Shown: positions 11,831-24,390 of the stretch, one piece after another | Layout: every line of letters begins with the position of its first letter | Position numbering within the stretch: the first letter of the stretch is position 1 | NCBI RefSeq assembly: GCF_009834535.1 | Contig: NC_045696.1 | Coordinates: 68,326,001-68,390,000, forward strand | Direction of reading: 5' to 3' | From: Camelus ferus | Lineage: Eukaryota | Length of the DNA: 64,000 nt | Notes under the pieces: generated by a model | Database searches by the model: none | What the model saw: only the letters and a program-made list of their open reading frames with translations | Told to the model about the DNA's origin: nothing | Made by a program: the position numbers and the translations under genes

Positions 11831-13984
11831 CAAAGCATATATTTAGAGAATAGATGGTTTGGCTAGATAATTGCCAGAACACCCCTTCCAGCAATGGCAT
11901 TTTGTGTGTGCCTCCAAATATTCCCCACTTGAATGCTTTGGGAGATGGATTCAGACAAAGCTCATCTGTTCTATAATATTTGGCCACAATACAGTGCCTG
12001 CTGCCTGGTCACAAGGCATTTCACAGACAGCTGTTACCATCTTTATTTCAGAAATGTGGTGAAAAGGGAATTCAGAGACAGGTGAGGGGCCCGGCACACT
12101 GGATCTGAACTCAGTGATTGCCAGCCACGTGCAAGGATCCCACCTCCCCCGGGAAGGCGTTGCATTTTTCCCCTCTAGGTCATAAATTCACACAGTCTCA
12201 GTGTTTGAATAGTCTTTGAAGTCATGGAGTCAAGCTCTCCGGAATCCACAGGAAAGTAACGTTTCCCACTGACTCTAAATGAGAACTAGGAAGCCAAATG
12301 AGCCCCTTGGAATCCGAAGGAATTCTGTCTGGGCTCAGGGATAAATAGCGCACAAGTCATCGCTGAGTCTCCTGCCAGCTTGTCCCAAAGAAGCCCTACG
12401 CCAGTCTTTATGGCGGGAAAAGGCTGAGTTTCGGGAGTGGGGTGAATGCAATCAAAGTTGTTAAGGTTGTAAGCATTTGGAGCAACCAGGGGCAAGCTTT
12501 CTCTTGCAAGGTCTTTGCATTTCACAGATGAGGAAGCAGCAGGACCTAAAAGAAAGCAATGAGCTGAGAATCAGAAAACCTGTGCTAACACTGACATGCT
12601 GTGTGATCTCAGGAGAACACTCACCCTCTCAGAGCAGCGGTTTCCCCACGAGGATGGCAATTTGCACCCAAACTTGACTGGAGGATCAGTGAGATCATGG
12701 ATGTGAAGCACCTGAACATTGGACAAACGGGAGGTGCTAAGATGGCCATGACTGCTCCGAGTGCTTTTTCTAAAGCAAGTCGATGCTACTTATTATTCTT
12801 CTTTATTTCCAGATGTGGAAAGCAAGGCAAAGAAATGTGAAGAGGTGTGGATCCCATTCCTTAGTGCCAGGACCAAGAGAAGAGGGCTCCCTCGTTGGGA
12901 GGACTCCAGTGCCAGCCCATGGCCTGGTGTTTCCTCTCTTTCTGAGAATGACACCATTGCATGACTGTCTGGGGCAGTGCTCCAGACCAGGGAGATTTCC
13001 TTCTGCTCAACTGTGTGAAGCACACGTATCCTGACGTGGAGTCAGGAAGATGGCCGCTTTCACATCAAGTTGGGAGCCCTGGCGTTACCTCTTCTCCCCA
13101 CACTCCCCGAGCCCCTGCCATTGGTGTGGTCTCTGCTATTGGGCAAAGGCTGTATCCTCCAGTGTATTCTCAGATCAGGGACATAATCTCAGGCCTCTCT
13201 CTGGTTCTCCACCTCAAAGAATGCCCCAACCATCACCTACACTTTCTAACAGTCCCCAGGGCCTTCTCCTTTCTGCTTCTCCACCAGTGTGGCCTCTTCT
13301 GTGAAGTCCTCTAACCCTGGGTTTCCCCAACGTCCCCCACACCCGCAGGCTCCCCTCTCCAACCATCATCTTCATTTCAGAAAATGAAATAAAAAAGAAA
13401 TTCAAGTGACTCATCGGCCCCCGAGCAGGAGGGGGAGAAGCAGACAGGGTGAGTCTGTGAGTCCAGATGAGGAGGCCTACAGGCCTCCTGCCTGCTTCAC
13501 CTGATCAGCTGAAATTCACGAAAGGGAAGGTATACAAATCTGAGCAGTGCCATGTTGTCTCCAAAAGCAGCCAGAGGGGAAGTGAGGTGTGACGGCTGCC
13601 TCCCCAAACACAGGGCAGCTCCTGCCTCACGTGCTCAAACATGGCTCAGTGGCTGGCTGGGCGGCCAAGGACAGAAGCCTCCACAGCAGGCATCCCGGAG
13701 CCTCAGCCATCCTTCTGAGCCCAGGCTCCCCCAGGCCGTGGCGCCCCCCCTCCCCAAGGCCTGGGGCCATTCCATATCAGGCCCCCTGGGTACACAGCAG
13801 TGCCTGCTGGGGACACTGAGCAGGGGGCCAGTGAGGGGTGTCTTCTTGGGAAGCACAGCCCACTGGCAGCGCGGGGTCCGAGGTCCCTGCCCAGTGGCTG
13901 GCTGGAGGCCTGTGAGACCGAGAGCCTAACAGGCAGGGTGTGCCTGATGGGGAGGAGTCAGGATGAAGGGCCTGGCCCCTCCGT

Positions 13985-14130
13985 CAACCAGAGGGGCTCT
14001 GCTCTAATGTGCTTTACATGTTGGGCATCTGCTTGAGATTTCATGGGGGGGGGGGGGGGGGGACAAAAACAGAGTCCACTGCAATTACAAACTAAAAAAA
14101 AGAAAAATAGGAAACAACCTTGAAAGCCCC
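13985..14130. mobile_element. Charlie4-like hAT fragment containing a G18 run
   Basis: 'tcaaccagaggggctctgctctaatgtgctttacatgttgggcatctgcttgagatttcat' resembles the Charlie4 end. Poly-G at 14045-14062. Confidence 0.55.
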
Positions 14131-14143
14131 CATGAATCTAGCC

Positions 14144-14326
14144 CAGTGTTCCTCAAACCTAAGCGAGCCTCAGATCTCCTGGAGGGCTAGAGAAAACACA
14201 GACGGCTGGGTCCCTCCCCAAGGTTGCTGACTCAGTATTTCATAGTGGGACTGATAGTCTGTATTTCTAACAAGCTCCCAGGGGACCTCAATACTGCTGT
14301 TCTGGGACAAGCTTTAAGAACCACTG
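14144..14326. mobile_element. MER5A-like hAT-Charlie element, full length
   Basis: Termini cagtgttcctcaaac / gctttaagaaccactg and internal 'gtatttctaacaagctcccagggga'. 8-bp TSD atctagcc (14136-14143) / acctagcc (14327-14334). Confidence 0.9.
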
Positions 14327-15004
14327 ACCTAGCCCAATTTTCCCTTCAGAGCCAGGAGAGGTCACTCCTCCTAGATACTTTAGTAACTCAAGACAAGATA
14401 GAATAGAGCCCCACTCTCTGCCAGCCCCTCCTCGCCTTGGCCAGGCCTGGTTCATCACACCCTGCACCTGCTCCGGCACAACAGGGCCTGGATGCAGAGG
14501 CCACTCCAGCCCGAGCCCTGGGGTGGCTTTACCCCTGGGACAGTGATCAAAGGCGAGCTTCCTAACCTAGGGTCCATCACAGCCAGCCTGTGTTCCCCGT
14601 TCGGGGAAGTTGCATCACACCCCCAGGTCACCAGGATGCTTCTCCGCACTTCAACTATTCATGTCTTCATTGATTGAGCCTTCTGTGATCTCATTCCTTT
14701 GTTCCTTCACTCAACACATCCCTACTGAGAACTTCTAGGTGCTGGGAGCTGTCCTAGATCCTGAGATACAGAGACCTCTGAACCTGAGAGACAGATTCCT
14801 CCCTGCCCTCAAGGACTTCGCAGTCAGAGTGGAAAAATAAACACAATCAAGTTACCACCTTATGAAGGGAAAGAAAGAAGGGAGTGCCTCAGAAGGGGTG
14901 TGAAGGAGAGGAATAGGCAGGGTGCCGTCAGGTAGGAAGGTGTTAGTAGACGAGAGGGATGGGCATGAGGTAGGGAGGATGTGTTCAGCGTAAGGGTTAA
15001 ATAA

Positions 15005-15205
15005 TGAGAGGTATTTATTGATATTCATTGTACATCAGTTGCTTTTATTTTATCCTCACAACCATCCCTATAAGAGATGCCATTATTAAATCTTCATTTA
15101 TAGATGAGGAAATTGAAGCTCAGAGAGGTTATGCAACTTACCCAAGGCCACACAGGATTCAAACTCAGGTTTTCTAACCCCAGAATCTGATCTCTTAACT
15201 ACTCT
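15005..15205 (-). mobile_element. MIR SINE
   Basis: 'atcctcacaaccatccctataag...catttatagatgaggaaattgaagctcagagaggttatgcaacttacccaaggccacac'. Confidence 0.85.
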
Positions 15206-16603
15206 AACATCTCATCTCTCTCAGCAAGGGAGAGACAGCTTGCTCCTGCCTAGAGGGCAGCAAGGGGTAGGTTCCTGAAGCACTAGACAGGTGTGGGCAG
15301 ATGGAATGCAGTGGGAGAGATAGCTGGGGCTTTGTTTGTTGAGGGGACTGACTGCCAGGCGGAGGCATTTGAACCCAACTCAGGAGGCTGCAGGGGGCCA
15401 CTGAAGGATTCTGAGCAGGAGAGGGACATGTGGCACAACTGTGTTTTAGGAAAATTTCTCTGACTGCAGCAGGCAGACTGGGTTGGAAAAGGGAGGTCCG
15501 GGTGACCAGAGTCTACTGCAGAATTTCAGAAGGGAGGAAAGGAGGTCTGGCCTGGGGAGAGTGGCAGACGTGGAGGGAGACTCCAGGGAAGATGCCCTTC
15601 TTACCACTGTTATTGCAAATACTCTTTGACGGCTGACCACTTATAGTGCTTTACCTATAGTAACTCATTTAATCCTAGCAGCAGTGTCTACATCAGCTCT
15701 CTCTCCTTTTGACACTTCTTGCCCCTCCTTTATCTCTACTGATGGGTCCCCATGCCCAGCAGTTTTCCTACTGGGGGATCAGGGCTTGAGATGTCTTCCC
15801 TGAAGAGGAATCACGGGCTGAGACGATGCAGGATCAAGAAAGCATGGTCCATTTCAGAACTACTTATTCTCCCCACTTTACAGGTGAGGAAGCTGGGGCC
15901 TGGGAGAGGCTCAGTAGCCTGTCCCATCTAGGCAGCAATGGAGCCTGGACCAGAGGCAGGAAGTCTCTCCCCTACCTTCATCATTCACCCATCCTCACGC
16001 TTCCCCGGGGCCAGGCGGAGGCCCAGCAGCTGTGGTGGTGCCAGATGGCATCTCAGTCACCAGGCTGGAGGGCGCCTGAGGACCCTGCGGTCAGGCCCAG
16101 GCTGGCAGCCCGTCCCCACACAGCCACTGCGGGCAAAGGACAGAGGCTCTGAGTGAAGGGAGCACGTGCGCCGAGAGGGCAAGAATGTGGTGACTCACGG
16201 CCTTGGTGGTGCTGCTCCCAGCTGTTCAGAGGGCAGCCCGGCCTGGATGAGGCAGCTGCCCTCTTCACTTTGTCAGAGAGTCCCTCCTGGCCCAGGCAGC
16301 CGCCACGGGAGGAGCAGAGGACAGGGAGTCGGGCTGTGAACGGGCAGCCCCAGCAGGCGAGCCAGTGCCCACCAGTGAGTGAGAGAACCTCAGCTCCACC
16401 CCCAGCTCTGCCCCTGTTCTTTCCAGTGGCATGACCTTGGGCAGCAAGCCGCCTGAGCGTGATGAGCCTCGCTCTGCTCTCGGGTTCGTGGGTGCAGCAG
16501 CCTTTCCCTGCCTCGCCTTGGAGAGGTGGAGAGTGACTGGCAGTCTAATGCGTGAAAAACAAGTAAATAAGGCCTTTGGCACACCTAGAGGGTTCTACAC
16601 AAG

Positions 16604-16939
16604 TGTTTTAGTCTGCTCGAGCTGCTCTAATAAAAGATCACAGATTGGGTGGCTCACAGAGAACAGATATTTATTTGTCACAGTTCTGGAAGGTGGGACG
16701 TCCAAGATAAAGGCGCCAGCCTGGTGGCGTTCTGGTGACGACCCACTTCCTGGTTCACAGACGGCGCCTTCTCATTGTGTCCTCAGAGGGCGAAAGGGGC
16801 AAGAGATCTCTTGGGAGCCTCTTTCATAAGGTCACTAGTCCCATTCTCGAGAGCTTCTCCTTCATGACCCAATCGCCTCCCAAAGGCCCCGCTTCCTAAT
16901 ATCACCTTGGGGGTTAGGATTTCAGTATGTGAATTTTGG
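16604..16939 (-). mobile_element. MaLR solo LTR (MLT1A-like)
   Basis: 'tgttttagtctgctcgagctgc...tcacagttctggaaggtgggacgtccaagat...ctcccaaaggccccgcttcctaatatcaccttgggggttaggatttc'. Confidence 0.85.
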
Positions 16940-17134
16940 TACTACTATCATTATGAATGCTAATATTAACATCATCAAATATTTCCAAATGAAGCATGAT
17001 CGTAAAATACTAACACATCTCTGCAAAGGGTATATTTGAACCCTTTATACTACTTCTGTGACTCTTCTGTAAATTTGAAATCCCTTCAAAGTAAAATGCT
17101 TAAGGAAGAGCTTACGTTCTCCGTGACTGCATGC

Positions 17135-17865
17135 TCTTTCATTCATCTGGGCTCACCACGAGGCAGGCAAACTTCCGTGAACAAGAGAGGACGCTGGCTG
17201 CCTAGTGGAGCTGACACCCCAGCAGGCAGAGACAAATATTAATCAACACAAGAAATATGAAAAGTGTCTGTCGTGTTAGGAGGTGTTAAGTCTATGGGGG
17301 AGGAAAGTCGAGTAGCGTGAAGGGGAGAAGGTGTCCCAGGTTTGGGGTGGTGGGGAGCGACTTGGAAGCTGATACATCACTAGTCAAGGTGGGCCTGACT
17401 GAGCAGACTTTGAGAGGAGGGGAGAGAGGGGTTGCCCAAGCAGATACCTGGGAAGAGTCTGCCAGGGGCCAGCAAAGGCCTGAACAGGAACGTATGCCAG
17501 GAGCAGCCAGGCGGCCTGCGTGGCTGGAGCTCTGTGGTCGGGCTGAGGCCAAGAGGGGGTCGTAGGTCAGGTCAGGGAGACACTGCACAGCCACATCCTG
17601 TGGGGCCTGGAAGGCTACTGGGAGGCCCTGGGACTTCTCTCTGGGAGAAATGGGACACCAAGGCAGGGATTTCAGCAGAGGAGTGAGTGACACAACCCCA
17701 TGCGCATTCTGCAAGGGTTAGTCTGAAATTATACCAAGGAGCACAAGGGGAGAAGCAGGGAGACCAGGTAGGAGGTGATTGCCACAGTCCAGGAGGGACA
17801 GCTGCAGGGCGTGAAAAGTGATAAGATTCTGGATCTATATGTCAAATGTGGAGCCAACACAGTTT
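17135..17865 (-). mobile_element. L2 LINE fragment
   Basis: Purine-rich antisense L2 pattern, e.g. 'gcagggatttcagcagaggagtgagtgacac...gcagggagaccaggtaggaggtgattgccacagtccagg...gattctggatctatat'. Confidence 0.75.
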
Positions 17866-19900
17866 CCTTGACCCAAAAATCAATGGCTAAAGCCCCCCTG
17901 AAGCCGGAAAATCCTTTGACTGCACTAGAATCCCATCAGCAGCTTCATAAACTCCCCTGCCCAAGTGTGGAGAGACAGACAGACGGACGGAGACTGAGCT
18001 GCTTTTAAAATAGATCCAAATTCTCTCAAGGGTCCTGCTTCTTGGCAGGATTATTAAACCCAGGTGGAAGATGTGACTCCCATTCCATGGCCTGAGGTTC
18101 CTGGAATGATGTTTACTCAATCCTCTTCTGTGCACAAGTATAAATATGGCATGAAAGAAATACAAAAGAAAAGTCTGTTTTTCCCTCAATCAGAAGAACT
18201 GCCAAGCCCAGAGGCCACCCCAGAGGACAACAGAGAGGTTGGAAGTGTCCATAAAAGGGAGGTCTGAGCAAGAAGGCATCCTCTGTATGAAGTGTCTGGT
18301 CCTCTGAGAACAAACTCCATCCTTGCCACTCTTCCTAACCAAGGCAAATGTGTATGACCTGTTGCCTAGATAGTCCCTGTAATCTGCTACCTGGTCCCCT
18401 GACCCAGCCATCCCCGTCAGCCTGTGTTCCACATTGCTGCCAGACACACGATTCCCAAGCACAGTGAGGATGGCATCCTCCTGCCCTTGTCCTGTCCTTG
18501 CTCCCCAGTCTCTACACTGGGCCACAGTTGAAAGGACTCTCCTTCATAGAAACCAGCCCCTGCTCTCCCAGGTGCCCTGCCAGTGGTGGAGGACATCCAT
18601 CTGGGGCAGAAAGCTGAGTTCAATCCAGAGGTGTTGCGTTCTCTCGGCCTCGATTCCCCCGGGCCCGTGTCCGTGCCACGCAGCCTGCTTCACTTCCTGC
18701 CCTAATTGCCGTGCTGTGTTACCGTGGGCTGTGAAACAGCTGCCACCTTCCACCCCAGACCTGGAAGCCATCCAAGAGCAGGTAAAAATATTCCTCCCTT
18801 CACAGAAATTGTCAGAAGAGCCCTCTGGAAGAAACACACTCCGAAAATGTGTGGTGTTGCTGGGGCCCATCCAGTGGTTTGGCCTGTCCCCATCCATTGT
18901 CTTGTATTTGGAGCTGGTCGCCCCGTTGGCCCTTTTCCCCCAGCTGTGCCCTGCCTGTGCTTCCTTTCTAAAGTCTGTGGGTGAGGCTGAGACTTCTGGC
19001 CTAGAATCGCAGAAGAGCACAGACCACTTCAGGCACAGGGACCTCAGAAGTCACTCCTTTCTTTTCAGCAGTGGAACTTCCTCCTTTTTCTCCCCATACA
19101 AACCTGATCTATACCCTCAACGTATGAAGTATATAAAGGCACAGTGCCTTGGCTGAAGAGCGGCTGGGGGGCCCAGTATACTTGTTGCCCTCCTCTCCAC
19201 TCTCAGTGGTGCAGAAGCCAAGCTACCAAACCTGTAAGCCCCTAATTTGTTCAAACCTTTTCATTTTACAAATGATGGTCATCGAAGCCTAGAGGCTTAT
19301 CCCGATTCACTCAGTGAGTCAAAAGAAGAGGTGGGATTAGGACCCTGGTTTCTTGATGTTCAGCTCAGGTGATTTAAAGAGCTCAGGTGTTAGGTCCTCA
19401 GGTGCAAAGAGCTCTGTGCCTCAAATCTAGGGCGCTGGGAAGGCAGTGGCAGTCCTGTGCTGGAGCAGCTCCCACCACCTCCTGAAGCCAAGGGCACACA
19501 TCTCCTCCCGTCTCTCCTTTCAACAAATTCAAGCCAAAAGCTTGAAATTGGCCATGGTGAGAAATTGACAAATACTGCAAGTCAGGGCTTCCCCCTTTCT
19601 CCCCTCAAGCACTGATTATTAAACACCGCTGGCTTTAGTCTGCTTTACCAGGTTCTGAAATAGACTTCTTGTGGAATGTGACCCTTGCTTCTTCGGCTTT
19701 AAAGACTTTCAGGGAATAGCCATGAAATGTGAGCACTCAAGGAGGCCTTTGGGATAGTCTTTATCCAGGGAAGACAGACTTAATTGCCAGGAGAACCAGT
19801 TGAGAAAGTAAACAGGCCAAGCAGCTGGGTGGAAGAAAATAGAAACTGGTGAGGAATATGGTGAAAAACCCAAAAGTGTTTAAATTAAAAACAACCACAG

Positions 19901-20252
19901 TGTCTAGTTTGCTAGGGCTGCCATAACAGAGTTATAGACTGGGTGGCTAAACAAATTTATTGTCAAGGTGTTGGCAGAGCTGGTTCTTTCTGCAGGCTGT
20001 GAGGGAAGGGTCTGCCCCAGGCCTCTCTCCTTGGCTTGTAGATGGCAGTCTTCAAGTTCACATGGCCTTCTCCCTGCACGCATGTGTGTTTAAAAACACC
20101 AGTCATGTTGGATTAGGGCCCACCCTAATGATCTCATTTTAACTTGATTCTCTCTATAAAGACCCCATCTCCAAATAAGGCCACATCCTGAGATGCTTTG
20201 AGTTAGTACTGCAACCTAGGAATTTGGGGAGAAACACAATTCAATCCATATT
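19901..20252 (-). mobile_element. MaLR solo LTR (MLT1B/C-like)
   Basis: 'gtttgctagggctgccataacagag...agtcatgttggattagggcccaccctaatgatctcattttaacttg...ctccaaataaggccacat...acacaattcaatccata'. Confidence 0.85.
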
Positions 20253-21464
20253 ATACCAGCAGGACAAAACCACATCTGATCTGCTGACTTCCCTGGTTCT
20301 AGTCCATTGGCTAAATTCTGCAGGTGAGGAAACTGAAGCTCTAAGAGGAAAGCAAGTGGCTCTCCAAAGGTCACAGGTAGAGAAAGGCAGAGACAGGCCC
20401 TCTGACTCCAGCCAGGGACCTTTCTGACTTGAGGCTGTTTCACCTACGTGTGTGTGTCATCTTGGCACCGCTGGAGAGCCCGGAAACAGCCTGAGAGTCA
20501 AGAGAGATCTGGTGCCTGTCTCCACACTCCCCACAGCTTACAGCACAGGGGAAACATACAGCACTCAGAAAACCCATGTTGAATGTTATCGACCTCAATT
20601 CTCTGTTCCTTGCAGAGGCTCTTGGGCTCAAGGTTATAGCTGGCTCCTGCACCATTGGTTGGCCTTAGATGCTCTGGGGCCTCTCTTTTTCATCCATGTT
20701 CTACCACTATGGGATGACAAAGTGAAGCCAGAGAGGACAGGCAGTGGGACATCAGGGAGGACCCATTCTTGTCGATAGTAAGAGCAAGAACAGTCTGACA
20801 AGCTGGTTCAAATCCTAGACCTAACAAAACAAACATCTACTATAGTGTGACCACTTACTAACCCTCTCTGAGCCTCGTTTTTCTTTTCTGAAAATTGAGG
20901 ACTAATAATACTTAGCTCATACATAGCTCATTTATTTGCTCCTTCAGCCAACATCGTGGGGGGCATTCTATGTGCTGAGAACTGCCATATGCGCTAAGCT
21001 CATAGTGGAAAGAGACACGGCCCCTGTCCTCACGGAACTTACACTTTATAAGGGAAATCCACTGCAGTCTAATGTCATGCTCTGTGGCAATGCACGAGTA
21101 AGGAAGGACTGGAGATTAAAAGAGCATGGAGCAGAAAACCTAGGCAACCTTGGGCCAGGCTGAATCTTGATGGGGAAGAGTTATCCATGGGACCAGGGGA
21201 GTGAGAAGGAGCAAATGTTAATTGAGGGAGCAGAAGGGATCTGAAAAAAATGTGCTGGGCCAAAGGATTCTCCTGTTCAAAGATCTAGATGAGAGAGAGC
21301 ATAGTGGTGAGGATTAATGAGAAAAGGAGACAATGTATGCAGAAAATGTGTCACATAGTGCATGGCACATGGTAGGTGCTCACGAAATGCCACTTGCCCT
21401 TTCTTTTAACAACATGCCTATAGGTTTTACTTTCTCAAACCCAACACCAGAGAGGTACACTGAA

Positions 21465-21930
21465 GATGAAAATAATGCCATTTGCAGCAGCATGGATGGA
21501 TCTGGAGATACAAAATGATACTAGCCATACTAAGTGAAGTAAGCCAGAAAGAAAGAAAAATACCATATGATATCACATACGTGGAATCTAAAAAGCAAAC
21601 CAAAAAAAGGACACAAATGAACTTATTTACAAAACAGTGACAGACTTACAGACCTAGAAAACAAACTTACGGTTGCCAGCAGGTAAAGGGGGAGGTGGGG
21701 AGGGATAAATCGGGAACTGGGGATTTGTAGATACTAACTATATATATAAAATAGATAAACAGCAAGGTCCTGCTGTAGAGCACAGGGAACTATATTCAAT
21801 ACCTTGTAATGGCCTATAACGAAAAACAGTATGAAAAGGAATATATATATAACTGAATCACTGTGCTGTGAACCAGAAACCAACACGACATTGTAAATCA
21901 ACTAGACTTCAATTTAAAATAAATATATTT
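21465..21930 (+). mobile_element. 5'-truncated L1 (cetartiodactyl-type 3' end)
   Basis: 'aataatgccatttgcagcagcatggatgg...taagtgaagtaagccagaaag...gcacagggaactatattcaatacc...aactgaatcactgtgctgtg...attgtaaatcaactagacttcaat'. Confidence 0.9.
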
Positions 21931-23959
21931 CAAAGGCAAAAATGTATATAAACTTTAGCAATATGGCTTTAAATGACTGAAGTCCATGTTCCATCTACTT
22001 CATAATAGTCTAATAAAGGCATTTTTTTAAATTAGAAAAACATGCATTTCATTTTTCAGATACGTGAAAGAAAATTTTTGGAAAAAAGAAGTATACTTTA
22101 AAATAAGTTTTTTTGGTATGAAACAACCACTCTTCCTTGTCCACCCGAGGAATTTGCTACCTCCTGACTTCAGATCTGAGTGAACACAAATGTTATTGTT
22201 TGTCCTGCAACATCTAATCATCTCCACACACCTTTCCTTCTTTGATCCCTCTGGGTTTTGTCACACCAGGATTCTCCGCTCAGCTGGAGCCTGCACTGCA
22301 GAAGCTCTGGGAGGCGTCAGGCTGCAGGGACCCCACGGAGGGCTCTGTTAACAAAAACAAGCATGGAGCAACAACCTCCAATGCGTATGTGTTTTTATGT
22401 TTCTTGGAGTTCTTTTCAAAATACACGTGCCCACAGAAAGTCCCCTTTTCTCAAAGTAATTTTGGTATATATTGCACAAATTATACTACCACCTCGACTG
22501 ATTCACAGTCTGGTAACAGAAGACCAGTGTGGATAGGGATAAGATGGGGTAGGAAACTCAGGAAAGGGATTGTTCAGCGTTTAGTGGGTTTTTTGTTTTT
22601 GTTTTTGTTTTTTTAACAGATATCCCCATCAAGGCTGAAGATACTCTTCCCTTCTTCCTTGCTTCTTCTTCCTTTTTTTTTTTTTTTTAATGAAACATAT
22701 CTCTAATAAAGTTTATTTGTCCAGGACTTTGCCAACGATAAGGCCCATCCTCATCTTTTTCTTCCCAGCGTGCTGTAAGGAAGGTAGTTCTTATTTCTAA
22801 CATTCTCCTTTGGCAGGAACATGAGCTCGTCTAAGGCTGTATTGGTTGTGAGGGACAGATCAAATTATCACTCCACGTTCAGGCCTCTATTTTTCAGCCC
22901 ATGTTTCTTCTCCCATATATCCACCCAGTCTCTCAGATCTCTTCCAGCTCAGAAATTTGGTAGAGTAAAAGCTTCTTGAGGGCAGAGACCTTGACTGCTC
23001 GGTTCAGCATTCTCTCTCCATCGCTTGGCACAGTGCCCCCAAAGTCCAAGGAGCTCAGTAAACAATTGGGTTTTCATTAAACTGAAGTCTGTGCCTTCTG
23101 TCCCTTTTATTGCCTCAAGAGTTGATGGTGAAGTGATTGCTTGTTAAGCAATCATAAGCAGCTGGTGCCCAAGAAGGTGACAAACTAAAACCCTGTGGGA
23201 GATCCAAGGATAACAAAGTGACATAGAGCTGCACCAGAGCAGCAAACACAGCATCCACAAGAGCGTAGAGATTCATTCCACATGCAAACATCACCGCTGC
23301 TAGTCGGGGGGAGGGGGAGTAAGGAGGCTGGTGGGACATCCCCTGACTTCCATTTTTGCATCTTCCTTTCCCTAAAGACATCACTACAGGATGCTGGAGC
23401 TCTGAGGGTTTCCTATAATTTGCTCTAAAAAAATTCACTGGGTTTTTCCAATTTGTTAGCACTTCCTCCTTAAAGCTCTAGCTTCTCAAATTGGTAAGCA
23501 TTTGATTTCAGTTACAAAATTAGTTGCTTATTGGTATGACATATTAAACTAATCATTTACCCAAGAACAGCTGTTACAATTTACACAGCATTTTCATAAG
23601 ACAACCATTTTATAAAGAAAGAAAGAAGATCAGGAAAGTTAAGTGTTTTGCCCCAGATCACACAGTTAAGAATTTGTAACACCAAATCCAGACCTCCTAA
23701 CTCAAGATGCTCAAGTCATTCCATTATGACACTTCCAATGTGACATCAGTACTTGTCTACCAAACAATCTATGAAAATAAAGGACGGTAAGGGAATCAGA
23801 GAGGCCTACTTACTCCTACCCAGGGTCCTCCCTTTATTCATCATGAACTCCATAAACACAGCCTACTCCTTCCCAAATCCCTCCTTATCGTGTCTGCAGT
23901 GGCAGCGGTGGCTGTAGCAATGTCTGTGAATTCTTAGGGTGAAGTCAGAGGACCTCTCT

Positions 23960-24390
23960 TCCGAGCATCTTGCCTTCTTGTCAGCTTCATGAGAATATTC
24001 CCCAGATGTGTAACCTCAGCATATAAAAGATTAAGCTCATCATACTCTACCCGAACTTTCTTCTTCTTCTGTGGTCCTTAGCCCTGTTCTCACCTGTTCA
24101 CCCAGTTACTTGAGACAGTAACCCAGAAGTCATCCCAAACTCCTTCCTCTCACTGTTCTCTCCTTCATCTGGTCCCTAAGATTGGTTGATTCTTCCTCTG
24201 AAATCTTTCTCCGGCCTGTGTCCACTTCCTGACCCTAATGCTGCTTCTAAGTCTCCTTCGTATCCTATCTGGGTTTCTGCAACAGTCTCCGAATGTGTCT
24301 GCCTGCTATTACCTCCCATTAGCGTCTCTGACTCTGCTCTATACACAGTGAAAGGAACAGGCCAGAATCAGTGTAAGATGCTCTACAACC
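23960..24390 (+). mobile_element. L2 internal fragment
   Basis: Pyrimidine-rich L2 ORF2-type sequence, e.g. 'tcacccagttacttgagacagtaacccagaagtcatcc...tctgggtttctgcaacagtctcc'. Confidence 0.55.

Noticed and set aside
14037..14139. Inverted repeat agatttcatggggg / cccccatgaatct
   Set aside because: Short, depends on a poly-G expansion, and lies within or between hAT fragments; likely incidental.
18434..19156. Longest ORF (240 aa, + strand)
   Set aside because: Non-ATG start, no recognisable domain, overlapping ORFs on both strands, and a P/S/C/L-rich composition typical of random GC-rich DNA.
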